This document shows, one piece after another, positions 8,918 to 19,040 of a stretch of DNA of 64,000 nucleotides. The DNA lies in assembly GCA_035285165.1 (NCBI GenBank), contig JAYKHP010000018.1, forward strand, positions 81,486-145,485. The letters are read 5' to 3'. A program made the position numbers and the translations under genes. Within the stretch, counting starts at the first letter, position 1, and the number at the start of each line of letters is the position of its first letter. The notes below the pieces were generated by a model. The model worked only from the letters and a program-made list of their open reading frames with translations, was not told where the DNA came from and made no database searches. The stretch comes from Vampirovibrionales bacterium (GTDB taxonomy: Bacteria; Cyanobacteriota; Vampirovibrionia; Vampirovibrionales; Vampirovibrionaceae).

Positions 8918-10564
8918 ATGCTCACCCCCGTCAACGCATTCAAATTGTCTCGAATATACGAAAACGTGACTGCCCCGCGATTCGGGGAGAAAAAACCATC
9001 TGAAAGCGTCCCCGAACCGGCTGGAGTGGTTTCAAGGCGAGCTGTCCTGGGCGGGTTGGCGGCACTTTTGGCAACAGGCGTCGGGGGCGGCGTGGCCTAC
9101 AACTTACTGAATGATTCTGACTCCTCTTCCTCAAGAAGCACCCCTTCTCCTACTGGCGGTATTCAACTCGGGGTCGATTATACACAGGGGAAAGACGTTC
9201 GCTCGATGAGCGGACTGCTGAACGGTTTTGCCCAACGTGACGACGTGACAACCCCCTTGCCTCCCCCTGACGTGTTTAACGCACTGCAGCCCCAACTCTG
9301 GCGAACCGGTGAGGATATCAACGGGCAGCCCGGGCAAATGCCCCACCTCCCAGACATGCTGGCAAGTGGGGCAGCCATCGAATTCCTATTGAGCGAAGGT
9401 TACGGCTATCCGCTTAGCATAGGAGACAACTGGAAGCCTCCCAACAAGAATCAATCCCAATGGTTGCAAACCGTGGAAGGTGCGTTAAGACGATATCCCG
9501 AACTACAGGATCATTACCTGGAAATTTGGAACGAGCCGGATAACAGCATGATTCCCTGGACAGGCACTGACGATGACAACGCCAGGCAAGCCGTCGATCA
9601 AAGGGCCGCATTCTGGAATGGTACCTATGATGACTTTATCGAGACTTATATCCTGACGGTCAGAAAATTAAAAGAAATTAATCCAAACATTAAAGTTGGA
9701 GGGCCAAGCATTCGGGATTTCGATTCAACCCTTATCAGGAGATTCCTGGATGACTGCGCCGAAAACAACGTGGAAGTTAACTTTCTGGCCTGGCATGAAC
9801 TTGGCAATATTGATGACGCCAATGATTTCTCACAAATTAAACGCCATCTGGATGAAATCAATCAATACCTGGACGAAAACGATTACTGGAATAAACTGAA
9901 GCTGAGCGAAATTCACATCAACGAAATTGTGGGAAGAGCCTCGACTGAATTACCCGCGAACACACTTGCCAGCTACTATTATGCCGAAGAAGGCGGTGCC
10001 GCCAGAGCCGCCCGTGCTGGCTGGGAAAGCCAGATTGAGGAGGCAGAAACCGTCAGGAGCTACAACAATACGCTGGGCGGCCTGCTAACGCCTTTAAGCG
10101 GCCATAAAAAGCCTGTCTACGAGGCAATTAGAGCGTATGCCGGCATCAGTGAACGGAACCCGGAAAACCGAGGCAATCTGGAGTTTGAGGAAAATATTAC
10201 AAGGCCGTCGACGACTTTGGATTCGGGGGAACCGAATATCGTTGTGCTGGGAAGCCCAACTTACCGCCCGGGCAATCACAGAACCCTTCTGGTGGCCTAT
10301 GCCGATGCAAAAGGGACTAAACCTGTAAAAGACATTGATATAACCCTGGTGGATGACTCACTACCAGGGCAAAGCGTTGATGCCGTCAGTCAAAGCATTT
10401 TTGAAAGCGAGAAAAACGGCGACCAGCGCAACCGCGATTACACGCCACAGGAATTAGGAACGGTTCATCTACCGGTTCAGCAATCCAACGGACACAAACA
10501 GGTGGTTGTCCCCTTAAGGGAAGTAAAGCCCGGCGAGGTCAGGAAAGTCGACATTTTAGCTTAA
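8918..10564 (+). CDS. glycoside-hydrolase-like TIM-barrel protein with Tat-type signal
   Basis: N-terminus 'SRRAVLGGLAALLATGVGG' is a twin-arginine motif. 'EIWNEPDN' (NEP acid/base motif of clan GH-A) and 'LSEIHINEIVG' (nucleophile-like) are present. 548 aa. Confidence 0.6.
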   Translation: MLTPVNAFKLSRIYENVTAPRFGEKKPSESVPEPAGVVSRRAVLGGLAALLATGVGGGVAYNLLNDSDSSSSRSTPSPTGGIQLGVDYTQGKDVRSMSGLLNGFAQRDDVTTPLPPPDVFNALQPQLWRTGEDINGQPGQMPHLPDMLASGAAIEFLLSEGYGYPLSIGDNWKPPNKNQSQWLQTVEGALRRYPELQDHYLEIWNEPDNSMIPWTGTDDDNARQAVDQRAAFWNGTYDDFIETYILTVRKLKEINPNIKVGGPSIRDFDSTLIRRFLDDCAENNVEVNFLAWHELGNIDDANDFSQIKRHLDEINQYLDENDYWNKLKLSEIHINEIVGRASTELPANTLASYYYAEEGGAARAARAGWESQIEEAETVRSYNNTLGGLLTPLSGHKKPVYEAIRAYAGISERNPENRGNLEFEENITRPSTTLDSGEPNIVVLGSPTYRPGNHRTLLVAYADAKGTKPVKDIDITLVDDSLPGQSVDAVSQSIFESEKNGDQRNRDYTPQELGTVHLPVQQSNGHKQVVVPLREVKPGEVRKVDILA

Positions 10565-10578
10565 TTGAGAATATGAGA

Positions 10579-11292
10579 TTATGCCAGCCGGTTTAAACGC
10601 CTGGCCAGGCCTTGACCGACATCGCAACCCTCACAGGGCTTGTTTCCCTTCCGATTGACAGGCTCCGCCGAAAGATCTTCACCCCTGATATTACAGCAAA
10701 CCTCACGCGCGGAGCGTCCGGATATTCGAAGCGTAATCCATGGAGGCTCTGCCATATCCTGATCCTGTGCTTTCTTTTTGCGCTCCTGCGTAAAAAGCGT
10801 ATTCAACTTTTCTTGCGCCTTATCCGGAAACAATGACAAAACGGCCTTGCTGAATATCGCCAGATCATGCAACGGCAAGTCTTGCTCTGGATTGGCGACA
10901 TCCATCAAAACCCTGACCCCCAGATCGGGAAAAACATGTGTTTTTGTTTGGGAGGCTGTCTTGTAAGCAAGCTTGTCTCCTGGCGCTTTATACAATGGGG
11001 AAACAGGTTGCGGGGTGATATAAACAATAAGGCCTGAGTTGCCGTATACCCCCGTATGCCAGAGCGGGCCTATTTCCCACTCCTTGCGCAGAGCCTGCGC
11101 GGGCTTTCCTGAAAGGGCCTCTCTCAGGGCCGTGTTTAATTTTCTTCTCTCTAACTCAAAGCTATCCTCATCCGCTTGATTTCGACCGAATAAAAGTCTG
11201 CTCAAGGCATCCGCAGGCCTGGCCGCAAAAGGGTGTTTCAGGGGTTGATTACCCGTTTGATGATTGAGAGTGGCGGAAAAGAGAATGGCCAT
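10579..11292 (-). CDS. hypothetical protein (237 aa)
   Basis: ATG-initiated ORF with no recognisable domain. It has a C-terminal 'CEGC' motif. Confidence 0.45.
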   Translation of the reverse strand: MAILFSATLNHQTGNQPLKHPFAARPADALSRLLFGRNQADEDSFELERRKLNTALREALSGKPAQALRKEWEIGPLWHTGVYGNSGLIVYITPQPVSPLYKAPGDKLAYKTASQTKTHVFPDLGVRVLMDVANPEQDLPLHDLAIFSKAVLSLFPDKAQEKLNTLFTQERKKKAQDQDMAEPPWITLRISGRSAREVCCNIRGEDLSAEPVNRKGNKPCEGCDVGQGLARRLNRLA

Positions 11293-11516
11293 TATCAGAA
11301 TACTTACTTCGCTTAATGAGAATTACTCTCAATTAAAACCAAAGCAAAGCGACTTGTAAATGAGAATAAGTCTCAATACAGGTGCAAGCAGCAAAAAACT
11401 CCCCCTGGGTCGGCTTCTAAGGGCCAACGGAGTGCCTGTCATCAGGGACCGGTGGCGTGGGGGAGTCTTTAATGCTGTGGGTTATTAAGGCGAAAATGCC
11501 GCTATATCAATAAAAA

Positions 11517-12101
11517 TTAGATCTTGTAGACGTTTGTCGGCATGGATTTGCTGTCCTGAAGGGACATCCCCTCTTTTTTGGATTGGACTTCAATGCCCTT
11601 CATCATCGGGGCGAACTTCATGTTGTTCTTGAAGCGATCGCTGAGGGTGTCCACCAGACGTTTCGCCTCTTCAGAGCCGCCTTCAATGAATGTTTTGGCC
11701 ACGCGACCGATTTCATCCGGGGTGGGCTCGTGATCAAAGGCCTTACAGGATTTAAAGTAATCATAAATATTATTGACCAGATCCAGTGTCTGTTCAGCCA
11801 GAAAGGTCTGATGCTCTTCGGGCAGCACGTACATGTAGTTCATCGCCTTGTGCATCGAAGGATTCTTGTCATACGAACGCTGTTTTTTATGGGACTTGTA
11901 AAGCGCCATGACTTTCTCGGTACCTAAGGATTTTAATTGCGCGTAGACTTCATCCGCCTGGCATTCACGGACGGATAATGTCACGATGCCATCGGAGATA
12001 ATCGTCTGGATTTCCATCGGAAAGGCTTCCAGAAGTTTGACGCACTGGTTCAGCTTGGGGTTCTTCTCATACCAGCGGATGCTGCCTGGTTTTCTGCTCA
12101 T
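11517..12101 (-). CDS. hypothetical protein, 'RWYD' family paralog A1
   Basis: The ORF track starts at a TTG (12110), and an ATG at 12101 gives 'MSRKPGSIRWYEKNPKLNQCVKLLEAFP...'. It is clearly paralogous to 43945..44661, with shared blocks RWY-N-P-L-Q-V-LLE-P and KS--K-R-YD--P--H-A-N--Y. Confidence 0.55.
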   Translation of the reverse strand: MSRKPGSIRWYEKNPKLNQCVKLLEAFPMEIQTIISDGIVTLSVRECQADEVYAQLKSLGTEKVMALYKSHKKQRSYDKNPSMHKAMNYMYVLPEEHQTFLAEQTLDLVNNIYDYFKSCKAFDHEPTPDEIGRVAKTFIEGGSEEAKRLVDTLSDRFKNNMKFAPMMKGIEVQSKKEGMSLQDSKSMPTNVYKI

Positions 12102-12380
12102 AACGCTCAACTGCTCCTAAATCATTGTCAGGTGTAAATAGTCAGCCTGTGCAGCATCTTCAATACCGTGATGCCGACAATTCCGGTAATCACTAGTGTG
12201 CCGCCCTCAAAAGGCGCTGATTCCGTAGCCTTAAAGCCTCGCCCGTACTGAAAAAAGGACAAGCATACCAATCGCTGTCCCCGGGCTTGCTGAATGAGTT
12301 ATCGACACGGAAACGCGGAAACTTTAGCAAAGTCGCCCGTGAATGTAGCGGCCCTTAACAAAAGATGCCTTGCCCACGTT

Positions 12381-12404
12381 GTTCCCGCTTTAGCGGGAAT
12401 GACG
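12381..12404. repeat. dRS3/REP-like palindromic repeat copy
   Basis: 'GTTCCCGCTTTAGCGGGAATGACG' has the same family core (TTCCCGC-N4-GCGGGAATGACG) as the 5421..5537 element. Confidence 0.55.
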
Positions 12405-12436
12405 GCGTACGTTATCTTAGGTTCTAATAATGGGTT

Positions 12437-13063
12437 CTAATAATGGCTGTAGCCGTAATCGCCCTGCTCCAGCTTGGAGATGCGCTGTTGAAGATCATCC
12501 GATATTTTATCGACGACCACATGCAGCGGCAGACGGCTCCAACCGAAGGGGCCAGCGATTTTTTCCACGGTAAAGCCATTGAGAACGTCACGTTTGGGCG
12601 TCATGATAAACACCCGAAGCTTGGTGCAGGCCGTAGCGCCCGCGCACTCGATGCTGATCCGGTAGTCAGCGTTCTCGACGTTTTCGGTCATCTCAAGATA
12701 ATTATTCTTACTCAGCTCGTCGTTCAGCAGCTTGAGGAAGTTGGTCTGATCCTCGGGCTTCTGGGGGTAAACGGAAATCGGCGTCGGCGGATAATCCGGA
12801 TTATACACATAAATGGTGCGCTTGGCCGGAACAATGCTGACCGGAACAAAAGCGGCGTCTGTTTGGGCATCGCCTTGCTGCTGGGGAATCGGCATCGTCC
12901 AGCTAGGAACATCAGACAAGCCGGGTGTTGTTTCATTCACCCCTTGGGCGATTGCCTTTAATCCATACCCAATCGAAAGCGACTGTATAACCAATGCAAG
13001 CGATGCGCCCATTATCAGGGCAGGCCGGAGGGCCGAAACGCGAAAACTTTTTGCCATGCTCAT
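12437..13063 (-). CDS. secreted hypothetical protein, 'CxGxxC' family paralog B1
   Basis: There is a signal peptide ('ALIMGASLALVIQSLSIGYGLKAIAQG') and a GGAGA SD 6 nt upstream of the ATG. The motif 'LSKNNYLEMTENVENADYRISIECAGATACTKLRV' aligns with 'LSNNSVLPYKSPSDAALSLHCEGFECRKIVA' of 44686..45312. Confidence 0.6.
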   Translation of the reverse strand: MSMAKSFRVSALRPALIMGASLALVIQSLSIGYGLKAIAQGVNETTPGLSDVPSWTMPIPQQQGDAQTDAAFVPVSIVPAKRTIYVYNPDYPPTPISVYPQKPEDQTNFLKLLNDELSKNNYLEMTENVENADYRISIECAGATACTKLRVFIMTPKRDVLNGFTVEKIAGPFGWSRLPLHVVVDKISDDLQQRISKLEQGDYGYSHY

Positions 13064-13191
13064 TCTCCAAACAATTCAAAGGCCCTCTTGAAAAATCAAC
13101 AGCCGAGGGCATGCACTGAGAGACTTGTCGTCAGTCTTATGGTCGCATTGAATATCCGCTTCAGGTATCGAGCGGATGGAGGAGATTGCGC

Positions 13192-13635
13192 TTATTTCCT
13201 AACTGCTGTGAAAAACACCACGTGATCTTTGTCATAGCGTTGCAGGACGCCCATTTTTTGAAAACTCGCGTGGGCCTGGGGATCATTTTCCTTCATATGA
13301 GTCGAAAGCCGCTCCCACAGTTTCGCCATCCGATCACTCAGCTTTTCGCCATATTGCCTGATAACGGCAATATGGCCCAATTTCTCGCGTTTTGCGAAAC
13401 GCTCCAGGCGTAAATTTTTAAACCACAGGACAATATGACGGATAACCGGAATCTGGGGCGCCTTGATAAAAAACGTATTGTCCGTCGATAATTTATTAAA
13501 CGCATCGGTAAAATTAGAGGGCATATGCGGCGCCAGCACCTCATGCACTTTAAACAGTTCTTCAAGCCCAGCGTGCCGTGCAATGCTTTTGGGAACGTGG
13601 GCGGCACTGCGAACAGCGGTTTCAATGGCAGGCAT
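13192..13635 (-). CDS. hypothetical protein (147 aa)
   Basis: ORF immediately downstream of the MTHFR-family gene on the same strand. No recognisable domain. Confidence 0.45.
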   Translation of the reverse strand: MPAIETAVRSAAHVPKSIARHAGLEELFKVHEVLAPHMPSNFTDAFNKLSTDNTFFIKAPQIPVIRHIVLWFKNLRLERFAKREKLGHIAVIRQYGEKLSDRMAKLWERLSTHMKENDPQAHASFQKMGVLQRYDKDHVVFFTAVRK

Positions 13636-13737
13636 AAGCGTTTTCCTTGCTTGGTTTAATCCTAAAAAGGCTGTACCGCATTAAAACACGGCAACGCCAT
13701 ATGGTGCGCGCCCGTGATTGAAACGATCAAAGCCCGC

Positions 13738-14697
13738 TTAGGACAGCACCTTGCTTTCTGAAGCATTCACACGCTGGCCTTTGAAGCACTCTTCCAAAAG
13801 ATCGGGCATATATTTGAACATGCCCACCGGCATAAAATGAAAATGCGGATTGAGCGGCTGGATTTTGGCTACGAGATCGGCGCAAAACTTTAAGCTCTCT
13901 ATGGCAGGCGCTTCTGAGCGCTCCAAAAGATCAATCAACGATTGGGGAATATTCAGACCCACCACCGAATGGTTCATACGCCTGGCAGCCTCGGCAGACT
14001 TTGGCGGAATAATGCCCGTCATTACCACCGGCGTTGGGCATCCCACCATGGCACTCGCTGCGGTCACCGCCTCAAGCATTTCGGCAATAGGCTCCAGCGA
14101 ATAAACCGGCTGGGTCTGGAAGAAATCCACACCGCATTCAAGCTTCTGCTGCAAACGCAACTGCTGGGCACGATTATGCAGCCTGAACGGGTTTAAGGCC
14201 GAGCCTACCGCAAAGCGTGTCCCGCCATTTGGCAAGACGGTCGCGGTGGCGTCCATGCCGTTATTGAGATAGCGCAGCAAGTCCAGTAAACGAACCGAAT
14301 CCAGGTGAAACACCTGCTTGGCCACTTCCTTTTGATCGCCAAGCTGCACCGGATCACCGGTCAGAGCAAGAATATTGCGCAATCCCAACGCGTAGCCGCC
14401 CATTATATCAGCCTGCAGCGCCAAAAGATTTCGGTCACGACAGGTCAACTGCCATACCGTCTCAATGCCGGTGGCCTCCTGAATCAGCTTGCAGGTCGCC
14501 ATTGAACTCATTTTCAGCAGCGCCAACTGACAGTCAGGGACGTTGATGGCGTCCACCCGGCCTTTTAACTGCTCCGCCTGGCGCAATAGCCTGGCCGTAT
14601 CCGTTCCCTTGGGCGGCGAAAGCTCCACCGTCACCAAAGGCTGGCCGGACTGGAGCTTCTCAAGGAAACTGGTTTTGGAACACGCTGCTTCCGTCAT
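13738..14697 (-). CDS. methylenetetrahydrofolate reductase (MetF/MTHFR) family protein
   Basis: 'VTVELSPPKG' corresponds to the MetF 'VSFEFFPPRT' motif. 'ALTGDP' and 'HFHFMPVG' correspond to MetF 'ALRGD' and 'HFYTLN'. 319 aa. Confidence 0.7.
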   Translation of the reverse strand: MTEAACSKTSFLEKLQSGQPLVTVELSPPKGTDTARLLRQAEQLKGRVDAINVPDCQLALLKMSSMATCKLIQEATGIETVWQLTCRDRNLLALQADIMGGYALGLRNILALTGDPVQLGDQKEVAKQVFHLDSVRLLDLLRYLNNGMDATATVLPNGGTRFAVGSALNPFRLHNRAQQLRLQQKLECGVDFFQTQPVYSLEPIAEMLEAVTAASAMVGCPTPVVMTGIIPPKSAEAARRMNHSVVGLNIPQSLIDLLERSEAPAIESLKFCADLVAKIQPLNPHFHFMPVGMFKYMPDLLEECFKGQRVNASESKVLS

Positions 14698-14743
14698 TTA
14701 AATAACCCTATGGCAAGAAAACCCATATCACCCTAGTCTAGCG

Positions 14744-16243
14744 TTAATTAAGACTCGGTGTCAGGTTAAACAGTCCGCTTGCCGTCTCAAACGCCTGGGC
14801 GACCTGCAGCAGGCGGAACTCCTCACAATGCCTGCCCAATATTTGTAAACCAATCGGCAGTTTCTGCCGGTCAAACCCGCAGGGAATACTGATTGCGGGA
14901 ATCCCCACCAGGTTAACCGGAATGGTGGAAATATCCGACAAGTACATGCTCACCGGGTCGTTGGCCTTCTCGCCAATCTTAAAGGCCGTGGTCGGCGCGG
15001 TGGGACAAATCAAAACGTCCACTTTGGCAAAGGCATCGGCAAATTCCCTGGCCAAGAGCTTTCTGGCTTTTTGTGCCTTGCCGTAATAAGCATCATAATA
15101 GCCCGAGCTAAGCGCAAAGGTGCCTAGCATAATGCGGCGCTTGACTTCGGGGCCAAAGCCCTCGCCACGGGTCTTGCAGTAAGTGCTGTAAATATCGTCC
15201 CGCTCAACGCGAAGGCCATAGCGAACGCCGTCAAAACGCGCCAGGTTAGAGCTGGCTTCCGCCGTGGCGACGATGTAATAAGCGGCGACAGCGGCGCTGA
15301 TACTGGGAATGGCCACTTCGGACACTTCAGCCCCAAGCGACCTGAGCGTTTGAACCGCGTTTTGAAAGGCTTCGCTGACCTCGGCCTGCATCCCCTGGCC
15401 GTTTAATTCAGAAATAACGCCCACTTTGAAGCCGGCAAGCGTCTTGCCCGCCATTTTCTGAACAGCGGCCAGATAATCGGTATCCTTGGCAGTAATGGAA
15501 GTTGAATCGTTGCGGTCAAAGCCAGCGATCACTTGCAAAAGCCCAGCCGTATCAGCGACGTTACGGCCAAAGGGGCTGATCTGATCCAGGCTGCTGCCGA
15601 AAGCGACAAGACCGTAACGGGACACCAGGCCATAAGTAGGCTTCATGCCCACAAGCCCGCAGAGGCTGGCTGGCTGGCGGACACTGCCGCCGGTGTCTGA
15701 GCCCAGCGAAAGCAAGGTTTCGCCTTGTGAAACCACCGCGGCAGAGCCGCCTGAACTGCCACCGGGAACGCGATCGAGATCCCAGGGATTGCGTGTAGGT
15801 TGAATGGCGCTGTTTTCCGTCGAGCTGCCCATGGCAAACTCGTCGAGGTTGGTCTTGCCGACAATGGGCATCAGGTGGGCGCGCAGTTTTTCAGTCACCG
15901 TGGCGTCGTAGGGGGAGACGTAACCCTCAAGAATCTTACTGGCGCAGGTGGTGGGATAGCCCGAGACGTTGATATTATCTTTAACGGCAATGGGCACGCC
16001 CGCCAGAAGCGGTAGCGTTTCACCCGCCTTGACCTTGGCGTCAACGGCCTTTGCGGTTTCATAGGCCAGGTCTTTGGTCAGCGAAAGAAAGCCGCCGATT
16101 TTAGCGTCGTCGCGCTCGATTCTTGCAAAGGTTTCATCCAACACCTCGACCGCCGAACACTCGCCGTTTTGGATCGCCTCATGGAGTTGAAGGGCCGACT
16201 TTTTTTCCGACGTTCTATCCGCTGTTTCGGCCATTGTAAACAC
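14744..16243 (-). CDS. gatA: Asp-tRNA(Asn)/Glu-tRNA(Gln) amidotransferase subunit A
   Basis: The amidase signature 'GGSSGGSAAVV' is present and the ORF is a full-length 499 aa GatA-like sequence. The start is a GTG (16243) or an ATG 9 nt downstream. No gatC or gatB is adjacent. Confidence 0.9.
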   Translation of the reverse strand: MFTMAETADRTSEKKSALQLHEAIQNGECSAVEVLDETFARIERDDAKIGGFLSLTKDLAYETAKAVDAKVKAGETLPLLAGVPIAVKDNINVSGYPTTCASKILEGYVSPYDATVTEKLRAHLMPIVGKTNLDEFAMGSSTENSAIQPTRNPWDLDRVPGGSSGGSAAVVSQGETLLSLGSDTGGSVRQPASLCGLVGMKPTYGLVSRYGLVAFGSSLDQISPFGRNVADTAGLLQVIAGFDRNDSTSITAKDTDYLAAVQKMAGKTLAGFKVGVISELNGQGMQAEVSEAFQNAVQTLRSLGAEVSEVAIPSISAAVAAYYIVATAEASSNLARFDGVRYGLRVERDDIYSTYCKTRGEGFGPEVKRRIMLGTFALSSGYYDAYYGKAQKARKLLAREFADAFAKVDVLICPTAPTTAFKIGEKANDPVSMYLSDISTIPVNLVGIPAISIPCGFDRQKLPIGLQILGRHCEEFRLLQVAQAFETASGLFNLTPSLN

Positions 16244-16449
16244 TGTCTCCCTTTGTTATGACTGCTATAGCGAGTTATCTTAACCTAAAGGCAGGCAAAA
16301 CCCCAGCGTTTTAATAAAGCGTTGCCGTGTTGAATTTTACTCGGTTTATGAATTGAATTTTAAACTTTTTTGATTTTTTCAAACTTTCAGGATATTTTAC
16401 TTCGGACGTAGCAAATTATGGTTATCCCCAGCAGTCAAGGACTTTCATT

Positions 16450-16815
16450 ATGATCACCGGATTTTCGGGCACATCGTTTTTCACCGCTTATAAGGCCCCA
16501 ACGCGCACTGAGCGTACCATCAGCAAGACTGATATTTCTAGCCAAATGCCTGCCATCTTAGACAAAGTAGAGATAAACTTCGGCCAGGCATCCAGACGGG
16601 AAGAACAGGCCAGACATGATGCCCGTAGGGCACTGGAACAGCATGGCTTGGCACAGGAACTTCTTGATAGGTATGGCCATACAATGTCAACCAGAGAACG
16701 CACGGAAGTCACGAAAGCCAGAGACAATTTCAAAAGAGACATTGATAGGCACTTACGCGTCGTTGATCAAGAAGCGCGCAAAGCTAGAGACGCAAGGAGA
16801 AGGGGTGGACGATAA
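16450..16815 (+). CDS. hypothetical basic, helical protein (121 aa)
   Basis: ATG ORF divergent from gatA. It has a charged R/E/D-rich C-terminal half. Confidence 0.4.
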   Translation: MITGFSGTSFFTAYKAPTRTERTISKTDISSQMPAILDKVEINFGQASRREEQARHDARRALEQHGLAQELLDRYGHTMSTRERTEVTKARDNFKRDIDRHLRVVDQEARKARDARRRGGR

Positions 16816-17015
16816 CGTTCTCACTTTCTCACTCTTTCCAAACGCCTATTTAACGAAGGAGCTGAGCCCATAAGCGGCTCAGATGTTACAGCTTTGTAAC
16901 AAAAATGGGAATTATATCCGCTTTCTATGTCAAAAGCGCAATTTCCTGATATCGCTTGTTTTTTTATACATGAAGGGATATTTCCAACTTCAAAGGGTTT
17001 TGACATTCCACTGGC

Positions 17016-17333
17016 ATGAATCAATTTCCACTTGGCGCATCAGCTCCCTTCTTATTCGAGATCAAGGCAGGATTATCATTCCTTATGGCATTGGCGCATC
17101 CGACAATCTTTTTCAGCCGCCTGGGCGACTTTCTAAAGCGGAACAACCCGCTGATTATGATCCTGTTCTCGATTGTGCAAAGCATTTACCTGCTGGTCAC
17201 CTGGCAAAGCAGGGTCAAGATCATGAAATATAAGCTTCTGCTTGAAGTGGAACGCCTTGAGCGGATGCAGAACGCGCTTTACAACGATCCGATCCATCAA
17301 AGCCAGATGGGCAAGATGAACCGGGTTTACTAG
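17016..17333 (+). CDS. hypothetical small membrane protein (105 aa)
   Basis: ATG ORF with two hydrophobic segments ('LIMILFSIVQSIYLLVTW'). It competes with an antisense ORF at 17133..17609. Confidence 0.35.
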   Translation: MNQFPLGASAPFLFEIKAGLSFLMALAHPTIFFSRLGDFLKRNNPLIMILFSIVQSIYLLVTWQSRVKIMKYKLLLEVERLERMQNALYNDPIHQSQMGKMNRVY

Positions 17334-17529
17334 GATATTCGGGGGTATACACGGAATTTTGGGGACACGATTGACGCTTCCATTTGTTTTAAAGTTTGTT
17401 TTAAAACAGGTGGGTAACATCAAAACTCCTTCAGCGGATTTAAAGTACGTGGTGATCTTTATAGGCTTGTTATTTTCCGGCATTATCGCCATTTCCAGGG
17501 GTATCGACACACGATAAGGCACACCAAGA

Positions 17530-17868
17530 ATGGGTTTTTCAGCTAACCAGGCACGATTGATGTCGCTGATTTCAAGGCGAAGCGACCTTGAGCTGGAAGC
17601 GCAGTTCATCAGTCAGCAGCGACTGTACATGGGGAACATGGTCTCCGGGTACTTCAACCTGCACGCCAAGCTGGAACCAGGCTCTCAGGCGGCAAGACTG
17701 CTGGATGCCAAGATCAAACAGCTTCAGCAGGCGGACAAAATGCTGGAGATGCACCTGAATCGGATCAACTCGCAACGCGAGGCCATTAACAAAGAGCAGG
17801 AATCCGTCCAGAAGCTCATCAGCGACAACATCCAGCGCTCCTTCGGCCTTATGGGCGGCGGCAGGTAA
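17530..17868 (+). CDS. hypothetical coiled-coil protein (112 aa)
   Basis: ATG ORF with Q/L/E-rich heptad-like composition. Confidence 0.4.
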   Translation: MGFSANQARLMSLISRRSDLELEAQFISQQRLYMGNMVSGYFNLHAKLEPGSQAARLLDAKIKQLQQADKMLEMHLNRINSQREAINKEQESVQKLISDNIQRSFGLMGGGR

Positions 17869-17965
17869 GCTAAAGCAAGAGAGCGAGCAGGTGTTACGCT
17901 TAGCGGTTGTAAATTCAGCGTGTTAAAATCACCCTGTATTCTAAACGACTTTAGGAACCGGGGTT

Positions 17966-19027
17966 TTGGGAAACAGCATTAAATTAAGCGTCAAGCCGTC
18001 AGGTGAAAGACAGCGAATCAAGCAGGCGGTTTTATCGCTATCCAGATTTACATGGGGCGAAAAAAGCGAACAGTATTGCGATTACCGGCTAGATGGCCAG
18101 TCAGGATCGCATTGGGCGCGGTTAAAGCAGTTCACCAACGGCACGCTCTACGTCGAAGCCTCCGACCTTGAAACGCTGAATACGCTTCAGACGCTAATTT
18201 CTCCTGGCGCGCAGCCTGCACTGGCTGTCGGCGCCGCCGCCCAGCAACAGCTCACGTTGAACCCGACGGTGGCCGACGGCACTAAAATCAGGACAGGCTT
18301 CAGTAAGGCCGTTTCCACCTCCTCGGCAGAGATGCCAAAAGCCGTCAAAAGCGCAAGCACTCGTGGACTCCTGGACATTACCGGCGATTATATCGGAACC
18401 GATGAATCCGGAAAGGGCGACTATTTTGGCCCGCTGGTCATCGCAGGTGTCTGCGTTACGGATAAGACTGTCCCCGTATTGCTGCAATTGGGCGTGATGG
18501 ACAGCAAAAAACTGACCGACAAGCTAATCGGAGGACTGGCGCTTAAAATTATTGAAACCGTGGGAGAATCCGCTGTTTCAATCGTGGAAATCGGCCCAAA
18601 AAAATACAACGCGCTGTATGAAACGATGAAGGCCAGGGGGAAAAACCTCAACCATATGCTCGCCTGGGGCCACGCGACCGTTATCGAGAACCTGCTGGGC
18701 ACTTGCCCCGACTGCACGCAGGCCATTGCCGACCAATTCGGCAACGAGATGTATATCAAGTCGCAACTGAAGGAAAAGGGCAAGGGTATTACGCTGTATC
18801 AGACGCCTCGGGCGGAAGCCAACGTGGGCGTGGCTGCGGCGAGTATTTTGGCCCGACACCGTTTTGTTAACCGGATGCGTCAGCTCAGCGACCGTTTCGG
18901 GGTAAACCTGCCCAAGGGGGCCAGCGGACAGGTCAAGGCCCAGGCGCGGGTATTCGTGTCAAAACACGGCAAGGCCAACCTGGGAGAGGTCGCCAAGCTA
19001 CACTTTAAAACTACGCTGGAATTATAG
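17966..19027 (+). CDS. rnhC: ribonuclease HIII
   Basis: 'GTDESGKGDYFGPLVIAGV' is the RNase HIII-specific catalytic motif (DESGKGD-YFGP). There is an N-terminal extra domain before the RNase H fold. The start is a TTG. Confidence 0.75.
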   Translation: MGNSIKLSVKPSGERQRIKQAVLSLSRFTWGEKSEQYCDYRLDGQSGSHWARLKQFTNGTLYVEASDLETLNTLQTLISPGAQPALAVGAAAQQQLTLNPTVADGTKIRTGFSKAVSTSSAEMPKAVKSASTRGLLDITGDYIGTDESGKGDYFGPLVIAGVCVTDKTVPVLLQLGVMDSKKLTDKLIGGLALKIIETVGESAVSIVEIGPKKYNALYETMKARGKNLNHMLAWGHATVIENLLGTCPDCTQAIADQFGNEMYIKSQLKEKGKGITLYQTPRAEANVGVAAASILARHRFVNRMRQLSDRFGVNLPKGASGQVKAQARVFVSKHGKANLGEVAKLHFKTTLEL

Positions 19028-19040
19028 CGGTCATATAAAC

